Positions 48,026-58,871 of a stretch of DNA of 64,000 bases are shown here, in pieces (positions within the stretch are counted from its first letter, which is position 1; every line of letters begins with the position of its first letter). The notes under the pieces were generated by a model, which saw only the letters and a list, made by a program, of their open reading frames with translations, had not been told where the DNA came from and did no database searches. The position numbers were made by a program, and so were the translations under genes. This stretch comes from a virus, in the IMG/VR virus record IMGVR_UViG_3300032177_000002, positions 39,084-103,083 of that record, one strand, 5' to 3'.

Positions 48026-50247
48026 TTTATAGCCCCCAACCTAGCCCTGGCTTGTTTAGCGAACTTCTCATCTATTTCGCAACCAACGCATTCTAGTTCT
48101 AGTTCCGCGCATGCTACGAGCGTCGTACCCGTCCCAGCAAACGGGTCAAAAATACGGCATTTAGACACAGTATGCCTATCCAGCAACTTTTTCATGAGCC
48201 AAACTGGTTTCTGGGCAGGATGATCCAGCCTCTCGTTACCTCCGCATACGGGACCTTCAAAGTAATTGTGCGCCTCCTTAGTACCAGCATTTACCCATGG
48301 CTTAAATGCATATTTATCTCCCTTTGTCGCCCAAAATAATGCTTCACAACTTGGCATGTAAGCCGCTCGATGCACAGGAGCTGGATTGCTATTAAGAACA
48401 AACATCCCATTATCAACTGCGAACAAATGAGAGTCGCTATCCACTGATACATGCCACACGCACTTCCCAGGAACAACTTTTACGCTTTTTACCTTTACTG
48501 AAGAAAATCCCTCTCTACTACACATATTACTCCTGTTAAATTTGACTACGTAGCATTTCGTATTTTCATCTATAGTAACAATTACTCCTTTTACACCAGC
48601 AACCTTCAATAACCAATATATATCGTACAGCAACTCTTTATTACTAATGCTTAATTCTAATTCTTCTTTTCCGCCTTCTCTTATTGCTACTAAATGATCA
48701 CACACCTCATCTAGTATTCCTCGTATAAATTCATATCCTCTAAAATATACGTCAGGTTCTAGCATCATGTTAATATTGGTTTCTAAATCGAATGCATAAC
48801 TAACAGCGCTACTACGTATTATGTCTAGCATATCTTTTTTGTTGCTATGCATACCTGCTATTAAATGCGTACCTACTGATCTACCTTCAGTATAGGTACC
48901 TTCTTGCATTAAATTAGTGCCAATACTAATTTTATCTGCAACTAGAATACTATCATTAGATGTGATATCCATTGCTTCTTTTAAATGAAGCGTATTATCT
49001 GCATTCATAACAATAGGCAACTTATGATCCTGCGTGACTACTACCGAATTACCATCCTCTAAAGTAATTTGTATAAGATTTGATCTGTACCCTACATTTT
49101 CAGTACCGACAACATTAGCTAAACACGTGATGCCTTTGTTAATACTTACTACTTTATCTCCTCTCCTTAATTCCTTTGGTGTAAACCTATGAATACCATA
49201 ATCATCAACAACTGGTATGCGGGTATCTTCACTTATACATTTATGCCACACCATAGATCCCCGGTAAACCAAGTCAGACTTCTCACACATAACCTTGCAT
49301 GCACCAAGCATTTCCAATGATGTAAATGCCACTATCGATCCACCTTCGTCCAATAATTGCGCGACATCCGAAATCCACACAGTATCAAGCTTGTCCCAAT
49401 CAACTATGCCATCATCATTTATGCAAGACCGATCATTATGCGCAATTGTAGATCTTTCCAACCCGTATGGAGGGTCAGTTAGTACAAGGTCGAAAAGTTC
49501 TCCATTCTCTTTCATTATACTAATTATTTCTTTATAATCAGTATCATAAAGTACGCATGACACTGAAACGTCAAACCCGCTTCCGTTCTCTTTAGGCTCT
49601 TCTTTTTTACGTTTCTCTGCCCTATTTTCCGCTACCTCTTCTAGCTTAGCCAACTTTTTTTGCTTCTTAATTTTTGACAGAGCTTTCGATGCTTCAACAT
49701 TCCTCTTCTTTACAGTATTCTCATTGGATATCTTATCTTTATCTTCTTCTCCTAACGAAGCTATACTAATAAGATCATAAATGTATGATTTACTAACGCC
49801 TAATACTTTTGAGATATCCCCAACAAAATTTTCAGCACCTGTATCCGTCATATTTCCATGATGCCCTCCCCATTTCACCTCCGGGTGCTGTTTTTCGTAA
49901 ACCTGTTTTAACCTCTTTAAACCCTCTCCAATTTCTAATTTATCAAAATCCTTCCTTTTTATGTTCTCCTCTAACTGCAAAATAAGTGCGGTAGATTCAT
50001 CAGTATCAGGTATAACAACTGCATTAACATTTATCCCCAATTTCCTACACGCCCTAACACGCCTCAACCCAGCCACTATTATTGGTTCCCCTTTTTGGTT
50101 TAACCTGACCAGCACAGGCTGTAACTGCCCTATTCGTTGTATAGATTCCACTAACACATCAATGTCCCCATCTTCCTTCCTTACCCGCCATCCTACTTTT
50201 ATTTTCTTTGGATCAAATACTGTTTGTTTCCCGCTTTGTGTTTCCAT
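48022..50247 (-). CDS. ParB-N fused N6A/N4C DNA methyltransferase, intein-containing
   Basis: G.LQPV..AGLRR..EENIKRKD (ParB); TDPPY; HPAQKP; DPFAGTGTT. Confidence 0.92.
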   Translation of the reverse strand: METQSGKQTVFDPKKIKVGWRVRKEDGDIDVLVESIQRIGQLQPVLVRLNQKGEPIIVAGLRRVRACRKLGINVNAVVIPDTDESTALILQLEENIKRKDFDKLEIGEGLKRLKQVYEKQHPEVKWGGHHGNMTDTGAENFVGDISKVLGVSKSYIYDLISIASLGEEDKDKISNENTVKKRNVEASKALSKIKKQKKLAKLEEVAENRAEKRKKEEPKENGSGFDVSVSCVLYDTDYKEIISIMKENGELFDLVLTDPPYGLERSTIAHNDRSCINDDGIVDWDKLDTVWISDVAQLLDEGGSIVAFTSLEMLGACKVMCEKSDLVYRGSMVWHKCISEDTRIPVVDDYGIHRFTPKELRRGDKVVSINKGITCLANVVGTENVGYRSNLIQITLEDGNSVVVTQDHKLPIVMNADNTLHLKEAMDITSNDSILVADKISIGTNLMQEGTYTEGRSVGTHLIAGMHSNKKDMLDIIRSSAVSYAFDLETNINMMLEPDVYFRGYEFIRGILDEVCDHLVAIREGGKEELELSISNKELLYDIYWLLKVAGVKGVIVTIDENTKCYVVKFNRSNMCSREGFSSVKVKSVKVVPGKCVWHVSVDSDSHLFAVDNGMFVLNSNPAPVHRAAYMPSCEALFWATKGDKYAFKPWVNAGTKEAHNYFEGPVCGGNERLDHPAQKPVWLMKKLLDRHTVSKCRIFDPFAGTGTTLVACAELELECVGCEIDEKFAKQARARLGAIK
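48391..49239 (-). mobile_element. Intein in methyltransferase (283 aa, degenerate endonuclease)
   Basis: WHK|CISEDT...VTQDHK...FVLN|S junctions. Confidence 0.85.
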
Positions 50248-50266
50248 TATAGTTTCCTTTTGTGTA

Positions 50267-52084
50267 TTACGCCCAAACTGCTACTGATGATCCACCGACT
50301 TTACTAACTATCAATAAATCATCTACTGCGTTGACTACATCATCATGATGCGATACAACAAACTGCTGCTCTATACCGAACTCAGTTGATAATCTACCAA
50401 TTATCAATTCCATCAATTTCTTTCTATTATTAGAATCCAACATAGCAAATATTTCATCTAGCATAATCATCTTTATCCGAGTACCTGTCATCCCAGCTAC
50501 AAACATGCTGCATGCTAATCTAACTGCAAACGACTGAAGTACCTTTGCACCTCCTGACTCTAAATTAAACGCCCGTTCTGCTACGCCATCAAATACAGTA
50601 ACCACCGGATCATCCTTTCGTTTTCTTGGCCTAGGCAACTTGCATGACGCGCATACATCTGAAAACCACCTCTCTCCCCCGCACCTAGGGCATACAACCT
50701 CAAACCCTACAAGCTCCTTATAGGCACAAAACTTTATTCGTTTAGGATAATCTAAACGTTCTAGGATCCAATTACATTGCTCCTCTACAACATCCAATTC
50801 ATTCTTTATTATTCCTATAGGTATACCGCTTTTGCCACACATAAACTTCAGGAACTGCGTTCTTCTAGCCAATTCCAAATTGGCGGTTACCTTACTCTTT
50901 ATATCCTTCAATTCATTACTAGCCTTAACACGTGATTTAATCTTTTCTTCCGACCTAACCATTACCTCCTGTGCATACTTTGCTTTTCCTCTCCATTCCG
51001 CCAAATATTGTTTTGTTTCAGATAACTCCGCATCTCGTATAGACTCTTCCTCTTTTGTTTCCTTTGTATCTCCGAGTACCTTTAATTTTTTAATAAGTTC
51101 ATTCTTTTCCAGTAATTCAGAATTATACTTAACCTTTAATTTTTCAACTTTCTCCACGATCTTTTTTTGTCTGCATACCGAATTACCCCTTAATGATTCA
51201 CAATACTTTCCAAGCACAGGACACAAACATTCATCAAGATCTGTTATTTCATCCTCTAATTCTTTAATTCTATCCTTAATACTTATAATTGTTTCACCAA
51301 TATTACGTATATCTTTCTTTACACTATCTGCATTAGCTTTAGCAGTATTTATTCTAAGCGCGTATTTGTTATTACTATCTAACAGGTTTTCAATATTTTG
51401 TTCAAAGAATTTTACTTTATTGTTAGTAAAATTCAAAGATGCTTTTACTGCAACAAAGTCTATACTTTTGGTATCCTCTACTTCTTCATTAAGAATACAT
51501 TCTAACCTTTTTTCTTCCTCCAATAAGTACTTAATTTCAATTTGTATTTTCGTATAATCATCGTGTAACTTTAACGCATAACCATCCCATACAGAGAGTG
51601 ATTCTGCCCATCTAGAAAAATATGATCGTTTATCACCAGACAAAAACTGATGAATATCACCCTGCACAAAATAAGATAATGCAATGAAATCATTAAAAGG
51701 GAGTTTTAATCTATGTTCTATCTCTTCGTCTAAGTCAGTAGGCTTTCCTCCACAGCTACCAGCCAATTTAAGAACAGCTTTATTACTCCTGGTTCTTCCG
51801 CGTGTGATCTTTAGTACGTCACCTCCTACATCAACTTCTTCTTCTATAATCATGTCAGCAGTTGATGGTCCAGACGTTATCATGGATACTTCCCTTGTAT
51901 CCCCTTGATTTGGGATCCTCCCATACATTCCATAAGCTATTGCCATAAGAATAGAGGATTTTCCTGCTTCGTTTTGACCAACAATCCCTATCGTTTTTCT
52001 GTTACCGAAATCTAAGTTACACCGCTTTGAGTACCCCAAAAAATTTGATATAGAAAGTGATTTTACAATCATGGGATCTTCCAA
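50267..52084 (-). CDS. SbcC/Rad50-like ATPase
   Basis: GQNEAGKSS, Q-loop, CPVL hook, ESGG signature, LDE, SH. Confidence 0.92.
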   Translation of the reverse strand: MEDPMIVKSLSISNFLGYSKRCNLDFGNRKTIGIVGQNEAGKSSILMAIAYGMYGRIPNQGDTREVSMITSGPSTADMIIEEEVDVGGDVLKITRGRTRSNKAVLKLAGSCGGKPTDLDEEIEHRLKLPFNDFIALSYFVQGDIHQFLSGDKRSYFSRWAESLSVWDGYALKLHDDYTKIQIEIKYLLEEEKRLECILNEEVEDTKSIDFVAVKASLNFTNNKVKFFEQNIENLLDSNNKYALRINTAKANADSVKKDIRNIGETIISIKDRIKELEDEITDLDECLCPVLGKYCESLRGNSVCRQKKIVEKVEKLKVKYNSELLEKNELIKKLKVLGDTKETKEEESIRDAELSETKQYLAEWRGKAKYAQEVMVRSEEKIKSRVKASNELKDIKSKVTANLELARRTQFLKFMCGKSGIPIGIIKNELDVVEEQCNWILERLDYPKRIKFCAYKELVGFEVVCPRCGGERWFSDVCASCKLPRPRKRKDDPVVTVFDGVAERAFNLESGGAKVLQSFAVRLACSMFVAGMTGTRIKMIMLDEIFAMLDSNNRKKLMELIIGRLSTEFGIEQQFVVSHHDDVVNAVDDLLIVSKVGGSSVAVWA

Positions 52085-52332
52085 GATGCTACTAACTCTT
52101 CTTTTTCAGCGTGGGATAACGTCTTGATATACGCCTCTTCTTTCTGTGCTTCCCCGCGGGTCCTTCCAGCCTCGTACAATGCACGAAGCTTCAATGGCCT
52201 TCTTCCTCGTGCCCATTTAGACCCATTAGAGCTCGAATTATGCTCTTTTACCCTTCGCTCTGGATCCTTGGATACCCCGGTATAAAAGGACCCATCATTT
52301 CCTTCCGCTATGTAGACGTACCATGCAGTCAT
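52069..52332 (-). CDS. GIY-YIG nuclease family protein
   Basis: YVYI....DGSFYTG...D.ERR..EHN. Confidence 0.9.
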   Translation of the reverse strand: MTAWYVYIAEGNDGSFYTGVSKDPERRVKEHNSSSNGSKWARGRRPLKLRALYEAGRTRGEAQKEEAYIKTLSHAEKEELVASWKIP

Positions 52333-53240
52333 TTTCCTGTCCTACACATAAATTTGACTTTTTCCTCTATTCTCTTAGCTGCTACTGGGCTATACACATA
52401 ACTTGTCACTGTTTTATTGCTGCTTTTTGACTTGTTCAGCACACATTTAGCAAGATCTGGAATTTCACCGCGCAGCCCCAAACTCGTAATAGCCAACCCT
52501 ACCCTCATCGGGGTTACGCCTAACCGCTTAGCTATCTCTGTTTGGGACTCCCATGCATCACCCATAGGCGGCTTCAACCCACTAAAATCGCTTCCTAATG
52601 CCTCCTCTACTGATGCTATTTCATACGACGCAACGACATCCTCAGCAACGTGCTTGATCTTCTTTAACACCTTCACGAGGAACCGAAGCGCTTGACTGCG
52701 CATATGTCTATCCAACCTACTCTCCTTCGCTTCGTCAAGCAGCAACCGCCTCCCAGCCAGTGACTCGCTTATACCTTCTTTCTTTGCTTCGTTGTCCACG
52801 CCGCTAGGCATGTACATCCCTTTCCTAGCAAGTTGCGGCATTACTTCATCTGCTATAAACCTTCGCAGCCTTTTCCCAATAGGTTTTTCTGTTTTTATTG
52901 AAGCTAAATGCACACCAGACTCAAAAAGCAGCATCAAGCTATTTGCGTATTTATACGCTGAATTAGATTCCGTACAGGAATGTCGGTAATCCCCACCTTC
53001 CTTAAAAACTCTTTTTAATTCAGCTAGTTCCTTACCTTTAAGAATCACGAAATCACGCCCTACCTCAAATTCATACTTCCATTCTCGGCTTATGAGATCT
53101 ACAAATCCCTTACCCCCATTGCCGTACTCAAGAACAACTCCCACCTGCCTTGCAATCCAGCATGGTCTTCCTTTGTACATAATCGTTGGTAATGGATTCC
53201 CCTCGAAATCACCGTTAATAAACCTTACTAGTTCCTTCAT
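52329..53240 (-). CDS. Bro-N / antirepressor-like protein
   Basis: PCWIARQVG..LEY, L.ESG......KT.KP....LRRFIADEVMPQL. Confidence 0.8.
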   Translation of the reverse strand: MKELVRFINGDFEGNPLPTIMYKGRPCWIARQVGVVLEYGNGGKGFVDLISREWKYEFEVGRDFVILKGKELAELKRVFKEGGDYRHSCTESNSAYKYANSLMLLFESGVHLASIKTEKPIGKRLRRFIADEVMPQLARKGMYMPSGVDNEAKKEGISESLAGRRLLLDEAKESRLDRHMRSQALRFLVKVLKKIKHVAEDVVASYEIASVEEALGSDFSGLKPPMGDAWESQTEIAKRLGVTPMRVGLAITSLGLRGEIPDLAKCVLNKSKSSNKTVTSYVYSPVAAKRIEEKVKFMCRTGK

Positions 53241-54330
53241 GTTCTACCTCTTTCTGCATGTCTTTAAACATCTGCAACAAAACGCTACGTTCTTCTCTGC
53301 TTTTTATTTTTGATTTGATAAATGCTGCGGCTTCCTGCATCGGATCACTTGTTTTTCTTTCTTGTTTGTATTTCTTATCTTCCTTAGATACCTTTATTCT
53401 TGGCATTACAAATACGTGCTTTGCTCCTTTTTCGTAAAGACGACCTTCTACTTCCTTCCAGTCAACAATAGTGGATTCGTCAACAAACGACTTTACTCTT
53501 ACTACCTTGTTAACAAGATCTTTTTTAGAAATAACGCATACTACATCAGAAGTTGTACACCCAACTCTACCAGAACCCCATTGCGTAACGTCAATCTCTA
53601 AAGTCAATAACTCTATAGCTTGTCTAGCCACAAATTTTGATTCAGCGTGATCACTATATCGGTCATGTAGCAGGAATCTCTTACAGTCGTTTTCCTCGTC
53701 AAACGTCATTCTCTCAGCAGATCCCACTATGACCACGTTAGAACCCACTTTCTGCGGCTTATGAATATGTCCTCCTATTACCACACAGGCATCATCAATC
53801 ACCCTGGATGGGACGTAGTGAGCCGCTGCTCTGTATGAATTACCTTCTTCCCCAACCTTCGAACCAATTACATTTAGATGCGTACAGACTGTATCCGTTT
53901 CACATACATGTATGTCCCTATCGTACGCATCCTGAGACTCGTATAACCCCGGTGAAGGAAACGGAAGCATTACTACACCCCTAGATAGCCTGAGTGGCCT
54001 ATCGACTACCCTGACCCGTTTAAACGGCGATACGCGTATACATTCTAAAGCAGATGGAACCTCTACCTTATTCGTAACATCGTGGTTACCTACCATGATA
54101 TACAACGGTATACCAGCTCTCTCGAACTCGTTACACCACTGTAGTACTAATTTTTCCTGCGCAATTGTAGGAGAACATTTGTCAAACAGATCACCAAGAT
54201 GAATTGCGTACCCTACTTTCATCCTTACGCACACATTGAAGAACTCGTACATTGCGCATCGTATACTTTGTGTTAAGTCGAACCCGTACAAAGACCTACC
54301 AATATGCGTGTCACCTATTACTGCTATCAT
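53215..54330 (-). CDS. SbcD/Mre11-like nuclease
   Basis: DTH, GDLFD, GNHD, GHIH metallophosphoesterase motifs. Confidence 0.92.
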   Translation of the reverse strand: MIAVIGDTHIGRSLYGFDLTQSIRCAMYEFFNVCVRMKVGYAIHLGDLFDKCSPTIAQEKLVLQWCNEFERAGIPLYIMVGNHDVTNKVEVPSALECIRVSPFKRVRVVDRPLRLSRGVVMLPFPSPGLYESQDAYDRDIHVCETDTVCTHLNVIGSKVGEEGNSYRAAAHYVPSRVIDDACVVIGGHIHKPQKVGSNVVIVGSAERMTFDEENDCKRFLLHDRYSDHAESKFVARQAIELLTLEIDVTQWGSGRVGCTTSDVVCVISKKDLVNKVVRVKSFVDESTIVDWKEVEGRLYEKGAKHVFVMPRIKVSKEDKKYKQERKTSDPMQEAAAFIKSKIKSREERSVLLQMFKDMQKEVEHEGTSKVY

Positions 54331-56450
54331 TATTCGTCGCCCTTTGACTTTTTTAATGGCAACAAACCATTTTCAAAATCCAACATTATTAGCGCTGATT
54401 GGTACGGTTTTGCCAACCTATTTTTTACTGCTGTTATTTTTATTTTAAATCCAGCTACGTACGGCTTTCCTGCAGAAGTCCTGGTTACCTTCCCCAGTAA
54501 CTCTAATTTGAGCCTAACAGAGGCATAAAATTTAAGCGCCATACCACCTGGCGGTTTCTTTTTCTCTCCATACATCACATCTGGATTTTCCCGTACCTGA
54601 TTAACACAGAACAATAACGTCTTAGTACGTGGTATTTCCGCGCCCATCTTTCTTAGCGCAGAACTTATCATCATTGCGCGTATCTGCGCAGATCTACCTC
54701 GCTTTAATTCTTCCTCTTCTAATTCCGCTCTAGTTGTCATTCCAGCTATAGAATCGATCATCCCTATTACCACGGTACCTCTTCCAACAGCTTTCATAAC
54801 CTTTGTCCACGAAGAAAATATTCCTTCCACTGTTTCATCGTCTCCAACCACCAATTTAGAAAGATCTATTCCGTATTTTTCAGCTAACCACGCGTCATAA
54901 TTTCCTTCGCAAGGGTACAGTACTCCTGATCCACCAGCCTTTTGGGCTTGCGCGATAAGAGAATACCCTAAACCTGTTTTGCATGTATTATGGAGAACTA
55001 ATCCCTCAGCCACAAATGAATGCGTCATAGGCATTCTAACGTCATAAGTCTTTTCTTTTGCCCATTGGTATACTTCTGTTACCTTAACAAAATCATATTT
55101 ACACAAATCTAATATGTGGTTTACTAACAGATTATTATTCCATTCCACTTTTAACAATGCATCTTTTAAACATACTATTTTTCTTTCCGCGCCACTCACA
55201 GCTATACTACTCATACACTCATAATGATCTTCAGACTTCTCAGTAGAATTAAATAACGACTTTATTATAGGCAACATATTTTCTGGAATAATATTATCAT
55301 CAACAGAAAAAAATCCAGGTACCCACATTTTTATTCTAGTTCCTACTCGTATCATATATCTATTAGTATTACATTCTGATAATCTTAGTCTCCATCCGTC
55401 TATCCCCAATTCTTCCAGCTTAGATTTTATTCCAAACACCTTAAGCATAAGTCTTATTTGATTAAGTACTGTTCTACTCATGCTTTTAACTTGCACTATA
55501 TGGCCGTCATTCTCGCCTACCCTATCTATGTATCCATGCAAGAAGGCCTTTATTGCCATTTTGTTTCCCATTCTAATACGTTTAGGCACACTCTTTTCGC
55601 GTTCCATACACGGCGTTAAATCCCACCTTGCATAAAACCCGCTTAAATCGCCTACAAAATCGAACCGACTAAGTATCCTAAACACATCTTCTAGTATTTC
55701 TTCTTCCGGCCTGACACCAATTTCATCTACCGCCACAGATCTTAATAACTTAGTCGTTACCTCATTATCACTTGAAATAGATATACGTCCAGCATATAGG
55801 ACACCATCGGCTATAAGCATTCCAATAAAATATGCTACATCCGGATCAATATATAACGTCCCAGTAGTCATATTTGGCACTGAGACTAAATAGTCTCCCA
55901 CTTTAATAATCTCAGCTTCCATCCACGATAAAAACCCAGCCGAGTCTAATACTAAGTACTTGTGATTTGACGTCGATCTTATACTAGCTCCATCATCAGT
56001 AGTTATTTTGTAAGTATCTTGTAGTCCGTTAAAAAAAAACGCATCAGTAAGCTCTACTCCCCCATATCTATTCAGTAATGGAGCAGCCCTACGCATCATT
56101 TTTTTTTCATTGCATGATGTACTCAATCCGTACATTGCAAATAACTCATTAACAGTTAATAAACCAAAATCCGTAAATAATAACGTATCCTCTGGTATGC
56201 ACGCCTCACCGCCATAAATTTCTACTATTCTTCCTACAGGCCATCCTCTACCTTTTCTATCCAATACAAGATCTAACTCCGGTACACCAGATGGTATGAA
56301 CGCTTTTGGTTCCCCCATATCACTGTCGCTACCCAAATGAACTGCATCTGAACCAATAGATGCCTTTAGAGCTTCAACTGTTATGGCTATACTCCTACTG
56401 ATTTGGTCTTTTGCTGGTTCTACTACTTTTCTTTTTCTACTTTCGGCCAT
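54330..56450 (-). CDS. recA: RecA-like recombinase with intein
   Basis: G.PVGRIVEIYG, DSIA, QIRA, NQVRE, PGG.ALKFYASVR, KNRLA.PY. Confidence 0.93.
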   Translation of the reverse strand: MAESRKRKVVEPAKDQISRSIAITVEALKASIGSDAVHLGSDSDMGEPKAFIPSGVPELDLVLDRKGRGWPVGRIVEIYGGEACIPEDTLLFTDFGLLTVNELFAMYGLSTSCNEKKMMRRAAPLLNRYGGVELTDAFFFNGLQDTYKITTDDGASIRSTSNHKYLVLDSAGFLSWMEAEIIKVGDYLVSVPNMTTGTLYIDPDVAYFIGMLIADGVLYAGRISISSDNEVTTKLLRSVAVDEIGVRPEEEILEDVFRILSRFDFVGDLSGFYARWDLTPCMEREKSVPKRIRMGNKMAIKAFLHGYIDRVGENDGHIVQVKSMSRTVLNQIRLMLKVFGIKSKLEELGIDGWRLRLSECNTNRYMIRVGTRIKMWVPGFFSVDDNIIPENMLPIIKSLFNSTEKSEDHYECMSSIAVSGAERKIVCLKDALLKVEWNNNLLVNHILDLCKYDFVKVTEVYQWAKEKTYDVRMPMTHSFVAEGLVLHNTCKTGLGYSLIAQAQKAGGSGVLYPCEGNYDAWLAEKYGIDLSKLVVGDDETVEGIFSSWTKVMKAVGRGTVVIGMIDSIAGMTTRAELEEEELKRGRSAQIRAMMISSALRKMGAEIPRTKTLLFCVNQVRENPDVMYGEKKKPPGGMALKFYASVRLKLELLGKVTRTSAGKPYVAGFKIKITAVKNRLAKPYQSALIMLDFENGLLPLKKSKGDE
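54987..56201 (-). mobile_element. LAGLIDADG intein in RecA Walker A (405 aa)
   Basis: GEA|CIPEDT...STSNHK...FIGMLIADG...FLHGYID...VLHN|T. Confidence 0.92.
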
Positions 56451-56496
56451 CTTTTTTCCTGTTTTGTATTATCTGTTTTTTAATCTAAGAATACAA

Positions 56497-56733
56497 TTAT
56501 TCACCTTTTACAAATTTCAGCGCTTTAAAATAATCTAACAAACATTGAATAGAACAAAAGTGCATTTCGCCAGACGGTATATTAACAAATTTAGTATTAG
56601 CCATCCCATCATATTTACGCCCTCCAGTAATAGAAATACTCGACCCACTAATTATAATCCATCCAATATAATTATATACGTTATCAACTTCTTTTTCACA
56701 ACTATCACATGCTACTTTAAATAAACGCGCCAT
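56497..56733 (-). CDS. Small zinc-binding protein
   Basis: CDSC...HFCS..CL. Confidence 0.6.
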   Translation of the reverse strand: MARLFKVACDSCEKEVDNVYNYIGWIIISGSSISITGGRKYDGMANTKFVNIPSGEMHFCSIQCLLDYFKALKFVKGE

Positions 56734-57971
56734 CAGTTTTTGCTCCTACAAGGTACAAGCATCCACTCTGGTGGATCACTTAGATACTCGTCGTATATTT
56801 TTTCAACAAATTCTATATCATTCACTGTCATTTTCTTTCTTTGTACTATGTCTTGTATTCTTTGCACAATAAACTTCGGCTTGTTAGACAACCACTCCTT
56901 CACGTCCGATTTTTTAAACAATTTAATAATTTCCACTGCGTATTTGAATCTAGTCCTAATTAAATGATCATCATTCAATTTACACAAGGCTTTTTTATTA
57001 TTCTCCTTTACTAGTTGAGCAGCAAGTATCACTGGGTTACTTTTTTGTTCATTACCATCTATAACAACTACGTTTCTTTTTATTTTAATTTTACCACCAC
57101 ATTTAGTTCTAACCATCTTTCTAAACGGTGCCAAAAATCCACTCAGCCTAGAAACCAACGATACGAATCCTAAATCCATCATACTTTTTCTAACATTAAC
57201 CTCGTCAATTTCTCTACTTAATCTTCCTGCCTTATACTGTTCTAATATATTATCTTTCTCAACTTTTGATAACAAACATCCTACAGTCATTAGTTCCATA
57301 TTCCTTCTTATGATCTCTTCTGCCTCAAGATATTTCATAGAACCCAAAACCCCAAGTTCCTTGGCAGCAAATAATATACTAGCTAGGGACCCGTACTCCT
57401 TTAACAACCGCTTAGCTCTTACATCTCCTATCCCATCAATCCCTTTTATATTATCTGATGGATCGCCGACCAGTACCTTATACGCAAGGTACTGGTGCGA
57501 CTCCATCTCTAATTCCACTACATTACCCTTAGTCGTAATTATTAAGTGATTCGGGCAATTAGCTAACTGGTATAAATCCTTATCTCCAGTCACAATCCCT
57601 ACTTTCTCCAGAGCTAAAAATTTGGTTATTACAGCAATACAATCATCCGCCTCTACTCCGCACAAAGACACGTGAGTTACTGGCAAACTATCTAAAATAC
57701 TTCTTAGCAAAATCTTTTGCCGGTCCAAGTCTGCCAAAAACTCCTTGTCTTTTTTTCTGTTCTCTTTGTACAGCGGATAAATAGCGCTACGCTTATCATG
57801 CCCACTGTCCCACGCAATAATCATTTCATCAGGTTCATAGATCTCTGCTAAATTAGACAGAGACTTTAACGCTCCAAAAATAATCCCTGTCTTAACACCA
57901 TTATTAGTCAATTCATTAAGCTTATATGCAGATTTATAAAGTATTGCACTTATGTCTATAACTAATCTCAT
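56733..57971 (-). CDS. 5'-3' exonuclease / flap endonuclease
   Basis: YKENR, EADD, GDKDLYQL, GDPSDNIKGI.GIG. Confidence 0.93.
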   Translation of the reverse strand: MRLVIDISAILYKSAYKLNELTNNGVKTGIIFGALKSLSNLAEIYEPDEMIIAWDSGHDKRSAIYPLYKENRKKDKEFLADLDRQKILLRSILDSLPVTHVSLCGVEADDCIAVITKFLALEKVGIVTGDKDLYQLANCPNHLIITTKGNVVELEMESHQYLAYKVLVGDPSDNIKGIDGIGDVRAKRLLKEYGSLASILFAAKELGVLGSMKYLEAEEIIRRNMELMTVGCLLSKVEKDNILEQYKAGRLSREIDEVNVRKSMMDLGFVSLVSRLSGFLAPFRKMVRTKCGGKIKIKRNVVVIDGNEQKSNPVILAAQLVKENNKKALCKLNDDHLIRTRFKYAVEIIKLFKKSDVKEWLSNKPKFIVQRIQDIVQRKKMTVNDIEFVEKIYDEYLSDPPEWMLVPCRSKN

Positions 57972-57979
57972 AACTTAAT

Positions 57980-58870
57980 CTATTTTTTTAAGCTTAATGA
58001 TTTCTTTACTTTTAATGGTAATGACTCTAATTCTTGTATGTCTTTTTGACCTTCATCATCCTGTTGTTGGTCTTCCGGCTCACTGCCACTTTGTTCACAG
58101 AACGTAAATTCGTCATCTGCTTCTACGTCCATATCATCGTTATCTTGCTCCTCAACATCTTCCTCTACATCTACTGCATCCTCTTCAATGTCCTCTTCAT
58201 CATCCTCGTCTTCTTCATCAGCAGCACCACGAATAGCTTTACGAAGATCCTTAATTCCGGCTGGCTGCGCAGCCCTTATAGAATCCAAATCATACAATCC
58301 CTCTATTACACTATCAGTTACATATTTGCTTATATCTACTGGCAACCCAAATTTTATAGTATACCTGGTCCTCATGGCCTTACCCTTACGCTTTATCGCT
58401 AAACACACCGCAGCGGTTGGATCCGATATATCTCTATCTTCTTCGGTAATAAACGATATTACCTCCTCAAAAATACTAGGAGATAATGCTAATATTTTTA
58501 CACAAGACGGATCGCATTTTTTGATATCGTCTTTTTTTATAGCATTAAAAAATGCCCTCGATCGCAATTTATTGTTATCAGCAAAATCGGTATCCCCCTT
58601 GCGAATTCTCTTTTTTATTTCTTCGCATAGAATACACTCCTTTTTCACCGCTGCTTTAGGGCATACTCCAACCGTTCCATGTTGCTGCACTTCTTTCCAG
58701 ATTACCCCCTCGTCCGACCACGGTGGCATTATGTAATAGTAATTAAACCCTTCTTTTATCTCATGAAAGTCAGATGTACTCCTATTATCAAGTTCCTCCT
58801 GTTTCTTTTTTACCTTGCTCAAATCCAACTTATTTACTGATTTACTCTTTGGCTCTTTTTTTATTACCAT
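57980..58870 (-). CDS. Single-stranded DNA-binding protein (gp32-like)
   Basis: MPPW..H..CP..C..C core, DISDP, TRY, long acidic tail. Confidence 0.75.
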   Translation of the reverse strand: MVIKKEPKSKSVNKLDLSKVKKKQEELDNRSTSDFHEIKEGFNYYYIMPPWSDEGVIWKEVQQHGTVGVCPKAAVKKECILCEEIKKRIRKGDTDFADNNKLRSRAFFNAIKKDDIKKCDPSCVKILALSPSIFEEVISFITEEDRDISDPTAAVCLAIKRKGKAMRTRYTIKFGLPVDISKYVTDSVIEGLYDLDSIRAAQPAGIKDLRKAIRGAADEEDEDDEEDIEEDAVDVEEDVEEQDNDDMDVEADDEFTFCEQSGSEPEDQQQDDEGQKDIQELESLPLKVKKSLSLKK

Positions 58871-58871
58871 T

